Assembly: GCA_040235515.1 (NCBI GenBank)
Contig: JBECKX010000001.1
Coordinates: 1 to 26,174, forward strand
From: Candidatus Zixiibacteriota bacterium
Lineage (GTDB): Bacteria > Zixibacteria > MSB-5A5 > CAIYYT01
Length of the DNA: 26,174 nt
Reading direction: 5' to 3'
Both the position numbers and the translations under genes were made by a program. The notes under the pieces are model-generated. The model did not search any database and was not told the origin of the DNA. It was given only the letters and a program-made list of their open reading frames with translations. Of this stretch, positions 17,898 to 26,174 are shown one piece after another. How positions within the stretch are numbered: the stretch's first letter is position 1; each line of letters starts with the position of its first letter.

Positions 17898-18620
17898 ATG
17901 CCTGATGGAGCGTTACGTTTCCTCGTCGTGGTCTTCTGCTACAACGAGGGGGGGAAGATCCAGCGTGTGCTCGATCGCTTTCCGCAAGACCGCAACTACG
18001 GCATGCTGCTGGTCGATGACGGTTCCTCCGACGAATCGGTGGAAATCATCCGCAACTCAGGCTTTCCCTCCATCCGCCACGAAACCAACCTCGGCGTAGG
18101 CGCCGGGCTCAGGACCGCATTCCGTTACGCCGCCGAAAACGGTTACAACGCCGTGGTGATCATGGCCGGCAACGGCAAGATGGCTCCTGCCGAAGTCCCC
18201 CGTCTGATGGAACCGATCCTCGAGCACGGCTACGACTACGTGCAGGGGTCGCGCTACCTGGAAGGTGGAAGCAGTGAAAACCTCCCCTTCAAACGCGCAA
18301 TCCTGATCAAAGCCTTTACCTGGATCGTCAATCTCTTCATGGGATTTCGCGGCACCGACGTTACCTGCGGTTTCCGAGCCTATCGCCTCGATATAATCGA
18401 GCGCACCGGGATGGATATCAACCAGGATTGGCTCGGCCGCTACGAGATGGAGTACTATATCCACTACAATGTTATCAAAAAGGGTCTGAAAATAACCGAA
18501 GTACCGGTGGGGATGACCTATCCCGCCGAGAAAAAGAATTACTCCAAGATCAAGGCCGGATCAGGTTGGTGGTCGATGATCCGTCCCTGGGTTTTGCTCA
18601 TTCTGCGCATTAAAAAATAG
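17898..18620 (+). CDS. Glycosyltransferase family 2 (DPM1-like)
   Basis: YNE, VDDGSSD, N.GVG, VQGSRY and TDVTCGFRAY. Start could be 17892, 17895 or 17898. Confidence 0.9.
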   Translation: MPDGALRFLVVVFCYNEGGKIQRVLDRFPQDRNYGMLLVDDGSSDESVEIIRNSGFPSIRHETNLGVGAGLRTAFRYAAENGYNAVVIMAGNGKMAPAEVPRLMEPILEHGYDYVQGSRYLEGGSSENLPFKRAILIKAFTWIVNLFMGFRGTDVTCGFRAYRLDIIERTGMDINQDWLGRYEMEYYIHYNVIKKGLKITEVPVGMTYPAEKKNYSKIKAGSGWWSMIRPWVLLILRIKK

Positions 18621-18699
18621 CCCGGTTTAAGAGCCTCGGCACAAACGCCGTTCAGCCTCTCTCAAACCGGGCCGGTTCTCACAAAAGATTTACAGGCGA

Positions 18700-21048
18700 C
18701 TATTCGGCCGGCGCCGGACATCCCGCGCAGGGTGCCGGCCCTCCACCGAATATGAAGTTGACCAGGTATACAGCGTCCGAAATCGTGGCCTTCTGGTCGC
18801 AGTTCACATCCCCACCCGCGAGATCACGCGGCGGTGCGCCACCACCGAAGATGTAGTTCAGCAGGTAAACCGCATCGCTCACCGACACCGAACCAAGCCC
18901 ATCCAGGTCACCGCAAATTGAACTACAGCCTACAGCCTTGGCTCCAATCAATTCTCCGCAACTGTTGTTTGCAGGAGCACACTGCGATGAAGCGAGGACG
19001 TTGTAGAAGTTGTTCGCTGTGTCGCAAAACATCGGCTCGGCCGAGAAGTTGCCGAACAACTCGGCCTGTCCCGCGGCACAATCCTGGAAATCACCGAACT
19101 CATTCCCGAACATATCGGTGCAGAGTAACGAAAAAGTACCCACGCAATTGAGCGCACCTGCTCCCTCGCCGTATGCGATGATGCTCAGGCTGACGGTCAC
19201 ATTGCCCGGATTTGTACTCAGTTGTGATCCGATCGAGGCGCTGTTGGAGACAAACGTACAATTGGAAAACTCAACGGCCGACTGATAGCATTGAGCCGCA
19301 CCGCCCAGGAACGCCGTGTTACGCGCAAAAGTGCAGTAGTTGAATTTCGAGGGCGAGCTGAATGCGCAGTCCACCGCCCCGCCATCGATCGTAGCCGTGT
19401 TGTTAATGAAGGTGCAGTTAGTAACGGTGCAGGGAGAATTCTGCCAGCAGTAAAGCCCACCGGCATTCTCGGTTTGTCCTCCCTCGAAGTAGCACCCAAT
19501 GATGCGCGGGCTCGAACCGAACACCGCAGCTATGCCACCTCCGGCATGTCCTTTGCCACCGATGAACCGGCAGTCAACGATCGTCGGTGATGACGCCTGG
19601 ATTCTGATTCCTCCACCCATCGGAAAACCGGGATGGCTCGGATGGTCTACCGCTACACCATTGATGATCGTCAGTCCGCTGATTACAGTCGTGCTATCCT
19701 CGCCCCGAAAGATGTGAAATGCCCGATGTGGTTCCACATCAGTACCCTCACAATCGATGATCGTCTGATCGACTGCTCCCGAGGACGTTATCACCACTAT
19801 CTTTTCATTCAAGTCGACGTCCCGGTTGCCATCACCCGTGTAAGTCCCCGGTGCGAGAAAGATCGAATCACCCGGGAGCGAAGCATTCACCGCCGCCTGA
19901 ATCGTGGGATAATCCCCCGTTCCCTCGGCGTTGATATACAGGTTGTTACCGCCCGGTACACAGGCTGGATTCACCGCTCCTGATCCAACCAACATCCCGC
20001 ACGGGCTATGGCTCGGAGCGCACGGCGAGTCGGCCGCAATCTTGTACGGATCTTCCGCATCCGGGCAAAACAGCGGCGGAGCGCTGAAGTTGTTGTTCAT
20101 CGTCGCCTGTGAAGCGATGCAGCCAATAGCCCAGTCTCCTTCGATGTTTGCATAGATATTCGTGCATTCCAACACCGGGGATCCGGCGACACAGTTCACC
20201 ACCAGATCCTGGTAGTTCTGCGTCAGCAGGCAACGCGTCAACGTTGGATCGCTCTGGTTCGCGTTAAGCACCGAACCGAGGCCCGCGTTGTTGGCTACAA
20301 AGGTGCAGTTTTCAAAATCCGTGTCACACTGGTCGAAGCACATGATCGCACCACCAACCGGCGCGCTGTTAAAAGAAAACGCACAAAAGCTCACGCTGCC
20401 GGGAGATGAAAACGCAAAATCAATCGCGCCACCATCATTCTCCACACTGTTGGAGTCAAACACACACAATTCGATCACGGTAGGGGAATTCTGCCAGCAA
20501 TAAACGCCGCCGCCATACTCGGCATAGTTGGAGATGAATTTACATCTCCTGATCGTCGCATTCGATCCCGATGTCGCAGCTACTCCGCCTCCACCGTGGG
20601 CAACGTTGTCGCGAAACACACAATCCTGGATGATCGGGCTTGAACCCTCAATAAACACCCCCGCTCCCTTCGGATAGTCCGTTGTCCCGAAATCGTCGAA
20701 AATATAGGCATTCATGATCGTGAAACCCTCCACGACCAGATTGGCATCCTCGCCACTCGTGATCATAAAACCGCGCCGGTCAAAGCCAACCACACCGCCG
20801 ACATCGATGATCGTCATGCCGGCTCCCGCCTGACCACGATAAACCAGTAGCTTGCCCCCGGGATCGATGTCGAAATTGCCTGATCCCGAGTAAGTGCCCG
20901 GCATCACCAGGACAGTGTCGAAATCATTCGCCGCAGCGGTAGCTGCCATGATCGTTGGATAGGAATCGGGTACGACCAGTTCCGCCCCCGTCGCTGCGGT
21001 TGTGAACAAAAGTACAACTGATAGAATTAACAAAACGTGCACTCGCAT
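18700..21048 (-). CDS. Secreted protein with two tandem right-handed parallel beta-helix modules and a C-terminal dockerin-like domain
   Basis: Signal peptide from ATG 21048 (RBS AAAGGTGG); two YPTI.AA...GTY modules with N.A..GGG repeats; paired GD.(D/N)......SDAVYL.N.IFGGG.AP at the C-terminus. Confidence 0.88.
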   Translation of the reverse strand: MRVHVLLILSVVLLFTTAATGAELVVPDSYPTIMAATAAANDFDTVLVMPGTYSGSGNFDIDPGGKLLVYRGQAGAGMTIIDVGGVVGFDRRGFMITSGEDANLVVEGFTIMNAYIFDDFGTTDYPKGAGVFIEGSSPIIQDCVFRDNVAHGGGGVAATSGSNATIRRCKFISNYAEYGGGVYCWQNSPTVIELCVFDSNSVENDGGAIDFAFSSPGSVSFCAFSFNSAPVGGAIMCFDQCDTDFENCTFVANNAGLGSVLNANQSDPTLTRCLLTQNYQDLVVNCVAGSPVLECTNIYANIEGDWAIGCIASQATMNNNFSAPPLFCPDAEDPYKIAADSPCAPSHSPCGMLVGSGAVNPACVPGGNNLYINAEGTGDYPTIQAAVNASLPGDSIFLAPGTYTGDGNRDVDLNEKIVVITSSGAVDQTIIDCEGTDVEPHRAFHIFRGEDSTTVISGLTIINGVAVDHPSHPGFPMGGGIRIQASSPTIVDCRFIGGKGHAGGGIAAVFGSSPRIIGCYFEGGQTENAGGLYCWQNSPCTVTNCTFINNTATIDGGAVDCAFSSPSKFNYCTFARNTAFLGGAAQCYQSAVEFSNCTFVSNSASIGSQLSTNPGNVTVSLSIIAYGEGAGALNCVGTFSLLCTDMFGNEFGDFQDCAAGQAELFGNFSAEPMFCDTANNFYNVLASSQCAPANNSCGELIGAKAVGCSSICGDLDGLGSVSVSDAVYLLNYIFGGGAPPRDLAGGDVNCDQKATISDAVYLVNFIFGGGPAPCAGCPAPAE

Positions 21049-21216
21049 GGCATACCACCTTTCTCGCAGGTGTGCAGAAACCGGGATTGATGCCGGAGCA
21101 TGCACTCAGATTCCTGCTTCGCCCGCAGAGCTTATTGCTGCTATGAGAAGAAATCAGGGCCTGTTTTCACGTTCGCCTCGCGGCTGTGGCTGTTCGGTTT
21201 TGGAGGTTCTGCTATC

Positions 21217-21245
21217 AAGCTAGCCGGAACCCCGAATTCTGTCAA
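21217..21245 (-). promoter_or_regulatory. Sigma70-type promoter for the beta-helix gene
   Basis: Minus strand TTGACA-N17-TAGCTT. Confidence 0.55.
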
Positions 21246-21290
21246 TACTAAAGTTCCGCTTTCAACCGCCGCCACGCCGTTTCGTATACC

Positions 21291-21318
21291 TTGACAGGGT
21301 GATTTAATTAGCTAAGTT
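21291..21318 (+). promoter_or_regulatory. Sigma70-type promoter for the manC operon
   Basis: TTGACA-N16-TAAGTT upstream of manC. Confidence 0.5.
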
Positions 21319-21352
21319 ACTGGTCTTTTTGGAGGAATGAGGACGCGATAGT

Positions 21353-22432
21353 ATGATATATGCCGTACTGATTGCCGGAGGGCGCGGCGAGCGTTTCTGG
21401 CCCTTTTCCACAACCGAAAACCCCAAGCAGTTGCTGAAGATCACCTCGGATCGATCTATGCTGGAAGAGACGCTTGACCGCGTGGAAGGGCTCGTCCCCA
21501 AAGAACGCGTTATGCTCGTTACCGGCGAGAGTATCAAGAAGAAAGTGCTCGAAAATCACGCCGGAATCGATGAGGCCAATATTCTCGCCGAGCCGTTCGG
21601 CAAAAACACCTGCCTCGCAATCGGTTTCGTCGCCGTACATCTCCTCAAGCACGATCCCGCCGCCACCATGATCGTGCTCCCTGCAGATCATTATATCAAG
21701 CCCAAAGACAGGCTCATGGAAATCTTCCGCTACGGTGCCACCCTGGCCGAGAAAGAGGATGTTCTGATCACGATCGGAATCACTCCGACTCGTCCCGAAA
21801 CAGGCTATGGCTATATCGAACTGGGTGAGCCCTACGATTCCTCCAACGGCCTCAGCAGCTTCCGCGTCCGGGAATTCAAGGAAAAACCGAATCGCACCCT
21901 CGCGCAACAATACTACGTCGGCCGCCACCATCTCTGGAATTCCGGCATGTTCATCTGGTCCGCAAAATCGATCCTCGACGCTGTGCTGCGCTGTCAGCCG
22001 GAGATGCGCAAGGAATTGGAAGCGTACGCCGCGAAAATCGGTTCAATCGAGGAACTCCCCGCCCGCCGCCAGCTCTTCGAAAAATGTGACAATGTCTCGA
22101 TCGATGTCGGCGTGCTGGAAAACGCCGAAAATGTCGTTGTCATCAAGGGAGATATTATCTGGGACGATATCGGCAGTTGGCTCGCACTCGAGAGAATCAG
22201 CGGAAGGGATAAAGACAACAACGTTTCGATCGGCAAAAACCTGTTGCACGATTCCTATGAAATTACGGCCGTCAACGCCGGCGATGGCATTCTCACAACC
22301 CTCGGCGTTTCGGATCTGGTCATCGTCAAGACCGGAGACGTCGTTCTGGTAGCGCACAAGACCAAGGTGAACGAGATCAAAGATATGCTCGCGCGCATGA
22401 AAGATGATCCCAACTTCGCCGGGTACCTGTAA
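21353..22432 (+). CDS. manC: Mannose-1-phosphate guanylyltransferase (monofunctional, no PMI cupin domain)
   Basis: AGGRGERFWP.S....PKQ, EPFGKNT, LPADH, PETGYGYI, FKEKP, WNSGMF and WDDIGSW. Confidence 0.94.
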   Translation: MIYAVLIAGGRGERFWPFSTTENPKQLLKITSDRSMLEETLDRVEGLVPKERVMLVTGESIKKKVLENHAGIDEANILAEPFGKNTCLAIGFVAVHLLKHDPAATMIVLPADHYIKPKDRLMEIFRYGATLAEKEDVLITIGITPTRPETGYGYIELGEPYDSSNGLSSFRVREFKEKPNRTLAQQYYVGRHHLWNSGMFIWSAKSILDAVLRCQPEMRKELEAYAAKIGSIEELPARRQLFEKCDNVSIDVGVLENAENVVVIKGDIIWDDIGSWLALERISGRDKDNNVSIGKNLLHDSYEITAVNAGDGILTTLGVSDLVIVKTGDVVLVAHKTKVNEIKDMLARMKDDPNFAGYL

Positions 22433-22454
22433 GCTAATAGGAGACTATGACTCT

Positions 22455-23096
22455 ATGGCTGCCGGGGCGACTAAGATCCTTGACGTACGCGATGAACGCG
22501 CCGCGATCCTCGCGGTTGAACATATCACCGCCGGGGATGTCATCGTGATTCCAACCGATACGATCTACGGCTTGACCGCCAACGCCGAAAGCCAGACGGC
22601 CGTGGAGCGCCTCTATCAGATCAAGGGACGCCACCTCAATAAACCGTCGGCGATCTTCCTGGCTTCCGTCGCCGCTATCGCGCGCTACGCCGAAATCGAG
22701 CACGAGTACGCCGATCGCATCGTGCGGAAGTTCTTGCCGGGACCATTGACTGTCGTATTAAAGAGCAAGATATCTGATCTGCCCGGGGTCGTGACTCCCG
22801 ACGGCAAGGTCGGAATCCGTGTCAGCTCCGATGCCTTTGTGCGCGAGTTGGTGGAGACATCCGCTTCACCGCTGATCGCAACTTCGGCTAACCGGAGCGG
22901 TCAGCCGGATCCGCGCGACGCAGCGGAAGTGGTCCGGCTGTTCGAAAATCAGGTGCCGCTGATCCTGACCAGATCAGGCCCGCTCGATTCGAGCGCGACC
23001 ACCGTCGTCGACCTGTCGGAACCTGAACCGAGACTGGTGCGTGAGGGAACTATTGAATTTGCGGAATTGTTAAAAACCGAGGAAGAAGAAGACTAG
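22455..23096 (+). CDS. tsaC: L-threonylcarbamoyladenylate synthase (YrdC/Sua5, short form)
   Basis: PTDTIYGL, K.R...KP, PGPLT, GIRV and TSANRSG. ATG 22455 after AGGAG. Confidence 0.92.
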   Translation: MAAGATKILDVRDERAAILAVEHITAGDVIVIPTDTIYGLTANAESQTAVERLYQIKGRHLNKPSAIFLASVAAIARYAEIEHEYADRIVRKFLPGPLTVVLKSKISDLPGVVTPDGKVGIRVSSDAFVRELVETSASPLIATSANRSGQPDPRDAAEVVRLFENQVPLILTRSGPLDSSATTVVDLSEPEPRLVREGTIEFAELLKTEEEED

Positions 23097-23102
23097 GAAA
23101 CA

Positions 23103-23588
23103 ATGTATAAGATACTCTACGTTTGTACCGGTAATACCTGCCGCTCCCCCATGGCTGAGGGGATCATGAAAAAACTGCTCGCCGATCACGGGATCGACAC
23201 CGTCGATGTCTCCTCCGCAGGCATCGGAACCCTCGATGGCTACCCCGCCACGCACAACGCCGTGGAGGTCTCCGCGAAACACGGTATCGACATCTCGCAA
23301 CACCATTCGACCCGCATGAATGAACGCCTCTTCAAAGAGTCCGACCTCGTGTTCGCGCTGGCCGCCGAACACCATAAGCAACTCGAGAAGATGGTGAATT
23401 CCGACCGGAAGCTCTACATGCTCAAGGCATTTCCGCAGACCGATCTCTCCGACGCCGAACACTCGGTCGACGATCCGATCGGTGGTTCGATGGAGGAGTA
23501 CCTCGTGACGTTCAAAGAAATCTATTCCGCCATTGAAGGCACACTGCCGGAAGTAATTCGGCTCATCGAGGAAGGAAGCAAAAAATAA
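23103..23588 (+). CDS. ywlE: Low-molecular-weight protein phosphatase, YwlE-like (protein-arginine phosphatase type)
   Basis: VCTGNTCRSPMAE P-loop, SAG and DPIGG; follows tsaC as in Bacillus ywlC..ywlE. Confidence 0.8.
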   Translation: MYKILYVCTGNTCRSPMAEGIMKKLLADHGIDTVDVSSAGIGTLDGYPATHNAVEVSAKHGIDISQHHSTRMNERLFKESDLVFALAAEHHKQLEKMVNSDRKLYMLKAFPQTDLSDAEHSVDDPIGGSMEEYLVTFKEIYSAIEGTLPEVIRLIEEGSKK

Positions 23589-24415
23589 ACAGGCGCATCT
23601 CGATATTTGCTCGCGTCGCGGTCATCCTGGTAGTCCTGGCGATCGCTGCGTTCTTCGGCACCAGGTTGAGTCTTCACTCGGGGAATGTCGAGGCGATGCC
23701 TGCCGACAGCCTCTATCGGGAAGTCGAAAATGATGCCTTCGGCCCCGGTGAGTACCTCCGTTTCTCGGTCGGCTATGGTTTCCTCACCGCCGGTCAGGCA
23801 ACCCTGGAAGTACTCGATACCAACACTTATGAGGGACACCTCTGCTACAAAATCTATTCCGAGACCTCATCCAACAGCTTCTTCGATGGCTTCTATAAAG
23901 TGCGTGACACCGCAGTCAGCCAGATCGATGTCGACGGCATTTACTCACATTACTTTCACAAGGCACTGCATGAGGGGTCGTACCATTCGCAACGCGAGGT
24001 GAAATTCGAGCCGGAATTGGGCAGGGCGATCACCCGCAAGGATGTCGACGAGATCGACACCGTCGCGGTCGGAAGCTTTGCCCAGGATGTTCTCTCCGCA
24101 ATGTACTTCGTGCGTACACAGCCGCTCAAGATCGGCGACTTCCTCACAGTCAACAGCGTCGAGGGCAAAAGAGCCAATCAACTCCGCGTGCATGTGCTCA
24201 AGAAGGAAACGGTGGAAGTGCCCGCCGGGGTGTTCGATTGCATCGTGGTGGAACCTCTCCTCTCGGAAGCCGGCATCTTCAAGCAAGAGGGGGAAATCAA
24301 AGTCTGGCTGACCGATGACCGCTTGCGTATGCCCGTGCTGATGAAAAGCAAGGTGCTTGTTGGCTCCATCCACGCCGAGCTGGAGGAGTTTCGACTCGGA
24401 AACCTGAACTGGTAG
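23585..24415 (+). CDS. DUF3108-like exported protein
   Basis: GE.L.F.V.YG...AG.A, FYKVRD, VEVPAGVFDC and VWLTDD...PV motifs. The frame extends upstream of TTG 23666 into a signal-peptide-like segment starting at ATA 23585. Confidence 0.75.
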   Translation: MNRRISIFARVAVILVVLAIAAFFGTRLSLHSGNVEAMPADSLYREVENDAFGPGEYLRFSVGYGFLTAGQATLEVLDTNTYEGHLCYKIYSETSSNSFFDGFYKVRDTAVSQIDVDGIYSHYFHKALHEGSYHSQREVKFEPELGRAITRKDVDEIDTVAVGSFAQDVLSAMYFVRTQPLKIGDFLTVNSVEGKRANQLRVHVLKKETVEVPAGVFDCIVVEPLLSEAGIFKQEGEIKVWLTDDRLRMPVLMKSKVLVGSIHAELEEFRLGNLNW

Positions 24416-24438
24416 GGCCGAACGGCAAAAACAATCGT

Positions 24439-25428
24439 ATGGACCAAATCGATCTCAACAAAATTAAAGTCATATCTATCAAGGGGCGAAGCTCCAAGGT
24501 TAACAAGAAACAGTTCGCCTCTTCGATCGCGACCGCCGGAGTCGGGGCCTTCGTAGATTCGCTGCCCGATATCCTCAAAGGGAGCGATTTGAAAACCCTC
24601 GTCAACCTGCTCATCAAAGCCAACAACAAGAATAAACCGATCCTCTGGATGTTCGGTGCGCACGTGATCAAGGTCGGCCTCACGCCACTGCTCTGTGAAA
24701 TCATGGAAGCCGGCTTCTGCCAGATGATCTCCACCAACAACGCCGGGGTGATTCATGACCTCGAGCTGGCTTTCTTCGGCCAAACCTCGGAGGATGTCGA
24801 GGCTGCGCTTCAGGCCGGTCAGTTCGGCATGACCGCTGAGACCGGCAAACATTACGAGGGTGTCATTTCAACCGCGCGCGACACCGGCTGCGGACTGGGA
24901 GAAGCAGTTGGGTGCTACATCAACTTCGAGAAGGCGCCTTACCGCGAGCGCTCGATCTTCGCAACGGCGCAACGCCGGGGAATCCCGGCCACCGTCCATG
25001 CAGCCATCGGAACTGATATCGTCAATGCGCATCCGGGGTTCGACGGAGCTGTGGTAGGGGAGGCTTCACAGGTCGATTTTAAGAAGCACTGTAAACAGGT
25101 TACCAGGCTCAAAAACGGTGGCGTCGCGCTCAACTTCGGCTCCGCCGTGATCATGCCGGAGGTATTCCTCAAAGCGATCGCCATCGCCCGCAACCTCGAC
25201 CCGAAATTCACCCGCTTTGCCGCCGCAAATTTCGATATGATTGGGCTCTACCGCCCGCGCAATAACTTTGTCAGTCGACCGCGACTCCTGGGGGGACAAA
25301 CTTTTGATTTCTCCGGGCATCACGAAATCATGATGCCTTTGCTCTGGGCCGCGGTGAAAGACAAGCTGAACAGCAAAACCAAAACGTCAGCCGGCAAGTC
25401 CCGGCGCCGCGCAAAGCCCGGAGTCTAG
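24439..25428 (+). CDS. Conserved protein with deoxyhypusine-synthase-like fold, function unknown
   Basis: GAHVIKVGL, IHDLE, TSEDV, GQFGM, PATVHAAIGTDI, GSAVIMPEVFLKA and GHHEIMMPLL. Confidence 0.7.
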   Translation: MDQIDLNKIKVISIKGRSSKVNKKQFASSIATAGVGAFVDSLPDILKGSDLKTLVNLLIKANNKNKPILWMFGAHVIKVGLTPLLCEIMEAGFCQMISTNNAGVIHDLELAFFGQTSEDVEAALQAGQFGMTAETGKHYEGVISTARDTGCGLGEAVGCYINFEKAPYRERSIFATAQRRGIPATVHAAIGTDIVNAHPGFDGAVVGEASQVDFKKHCKQVTRLKNGGVALNFGSAVIMPEVFLKAIAIARNLDPKFTRFAAANFDMIGLYRPRNNFVSRPRLLGGQTFDFSGHHEIMMPLLWAAVKDKLNSKTKTSAGKSRRRAKPGV

Positions 25429-25478
25429 ATCATTCTTAACCTTCTGACCAGACATACTCTCCAACGGGAGGTCACTCT

Positions 25479-26174
25479 ATGCCAAAAATAGTGGAAGCCG
25501 TACCTAACTTCTCGGAAGGTCGTCGACCTGAGATAATCAAAGAGATCACCGATGCCATTACCTCCATTTCAGGCGTCGTGTTGCTCGACTCTGAGATGGA
25601 CAAGGATCACAACAGGGCGGTTGTTACTATTGCCGGTGAACCTCAGGCGGTGAAGAAGGGGCTCTTCCTCGGGATCAAGAAAGCTAGCGAGTTGATCGAC
25701 CTGCGTGAACATAAAGGCGAACACCCCCGCATGGGCGCCACCGATGTCTGTCCTTTCGTGCCGATACAGGATATCACCACGGCAGAAGCTGTCGAACTGG
25801 CGAAAGAACTGGGTCAGCAGGTGGCAGAAGAACTGGAAATCCCGGTCTATCTCTATGAAGACGCAGCCCAGCGACCCGAGCGCCAGAGCCTCCCCAATAT
25901 TCGTAACAAGTGGGGGCAGTATGAGGGGATCAAAGAAAAGATCGCAACCGAGGATGCGCTGATTCCCGACTATGGTCCGCGCAAACTCCATGATCGTGCC
26001 GGCGCCGTGGCAATCGGCGTCCGCCTCCCGCTGATCGCTTTCAACGCCTACCTCGGAACGAACAACATCAAGGTCGCAAAGCGTATCGCCAAGGATGTCC
26101 GCTCGAATAGCGGCGGCTTCCAGCACTGCCGTGCTCTCGGCTTCGCCATCGAGGAACGCGGCTGCGTCCAGGTC
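25479..26174 (+). CDS. ftcD: Glutamate formimidoyltransferase, truncated at the window edge
   Basis: Not in the ORF track. Manual translation gives MPKIVEAVPNFSEGR, DKDHNRAVVT, IDLREHKGEHPRMGATDVCPFVP, PVYLYE and LIAFN. RBS GGGAGG. Confidence 0.95.
   Translation, partial: MPKIVEAVPNFSEGRRPEIIKEITDAITSISGVVLLDSEMDKDHNRAVVTIAGEPQAVKKGLFLGIKKASELIDLREHKGEHPRMGATDVCPFVPIQDITTAEAVELAKELGQQVAEELEIPVYLYEDAAQRPERQSLPNIRNKWGQYEGIKEKIATEDALIPDYGPRKLHDRAGAVAIGVRLPLIAFNAYLGTNNIKVAKRIAKDVRSNSGGFQHCRALGFAIEERGCVQV

Noticed and set aside
18621..18671. Rho-independent terminator between convergent genes
   Set aside because: CCCGGTTT/AAACCGGG arms exist, but the loop is long and there is no clear adjacent U-tract; not enough support to call.

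Overview
Bacterial genomic window, probably candidate division Zixibacteria or a relative. This is inferred from a secreted beta-helix protein ending in a paired 'DAVYL.N.IFGGG.AP' dockerin-like domain and a large protein with a 'QNYPNPFNP' C-terminal sorting domain. The left 7.9 kb is one minus-strand run behind a near-consensus sigma70 promoter: archaeal-type HMG-CoA synthase, thiolase and DUF35 protein, then methylcrotonyl-CoA carboxylase beta, methylglutaconyl-CoA hydratase and biotin carboxylase. The gaps on either side of the hydratase hold three copies of a composite element built from several unrelated REP-like hairpins, many GTAG-tagged. Next come an AT-richer two-gene island (membrane protein plus stand-alone ComEC-type metallo-beta-lactamase-fold hydrolase), a Zn-ribbon protein, PBP1A and a large secreted repeat protein with a putative sigma54 promoter. 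The right side has a small sugar-modification cluster, the beta-helix/dockerin protein, and a housekeeping run (manC, tsaC, YwlE-like phosphatase, DUF3108-like, DHS-like, ftcD). I found no rRNA, tRNA, CRISPR array or transposase. All family calls come from motif recognition, not database searches.
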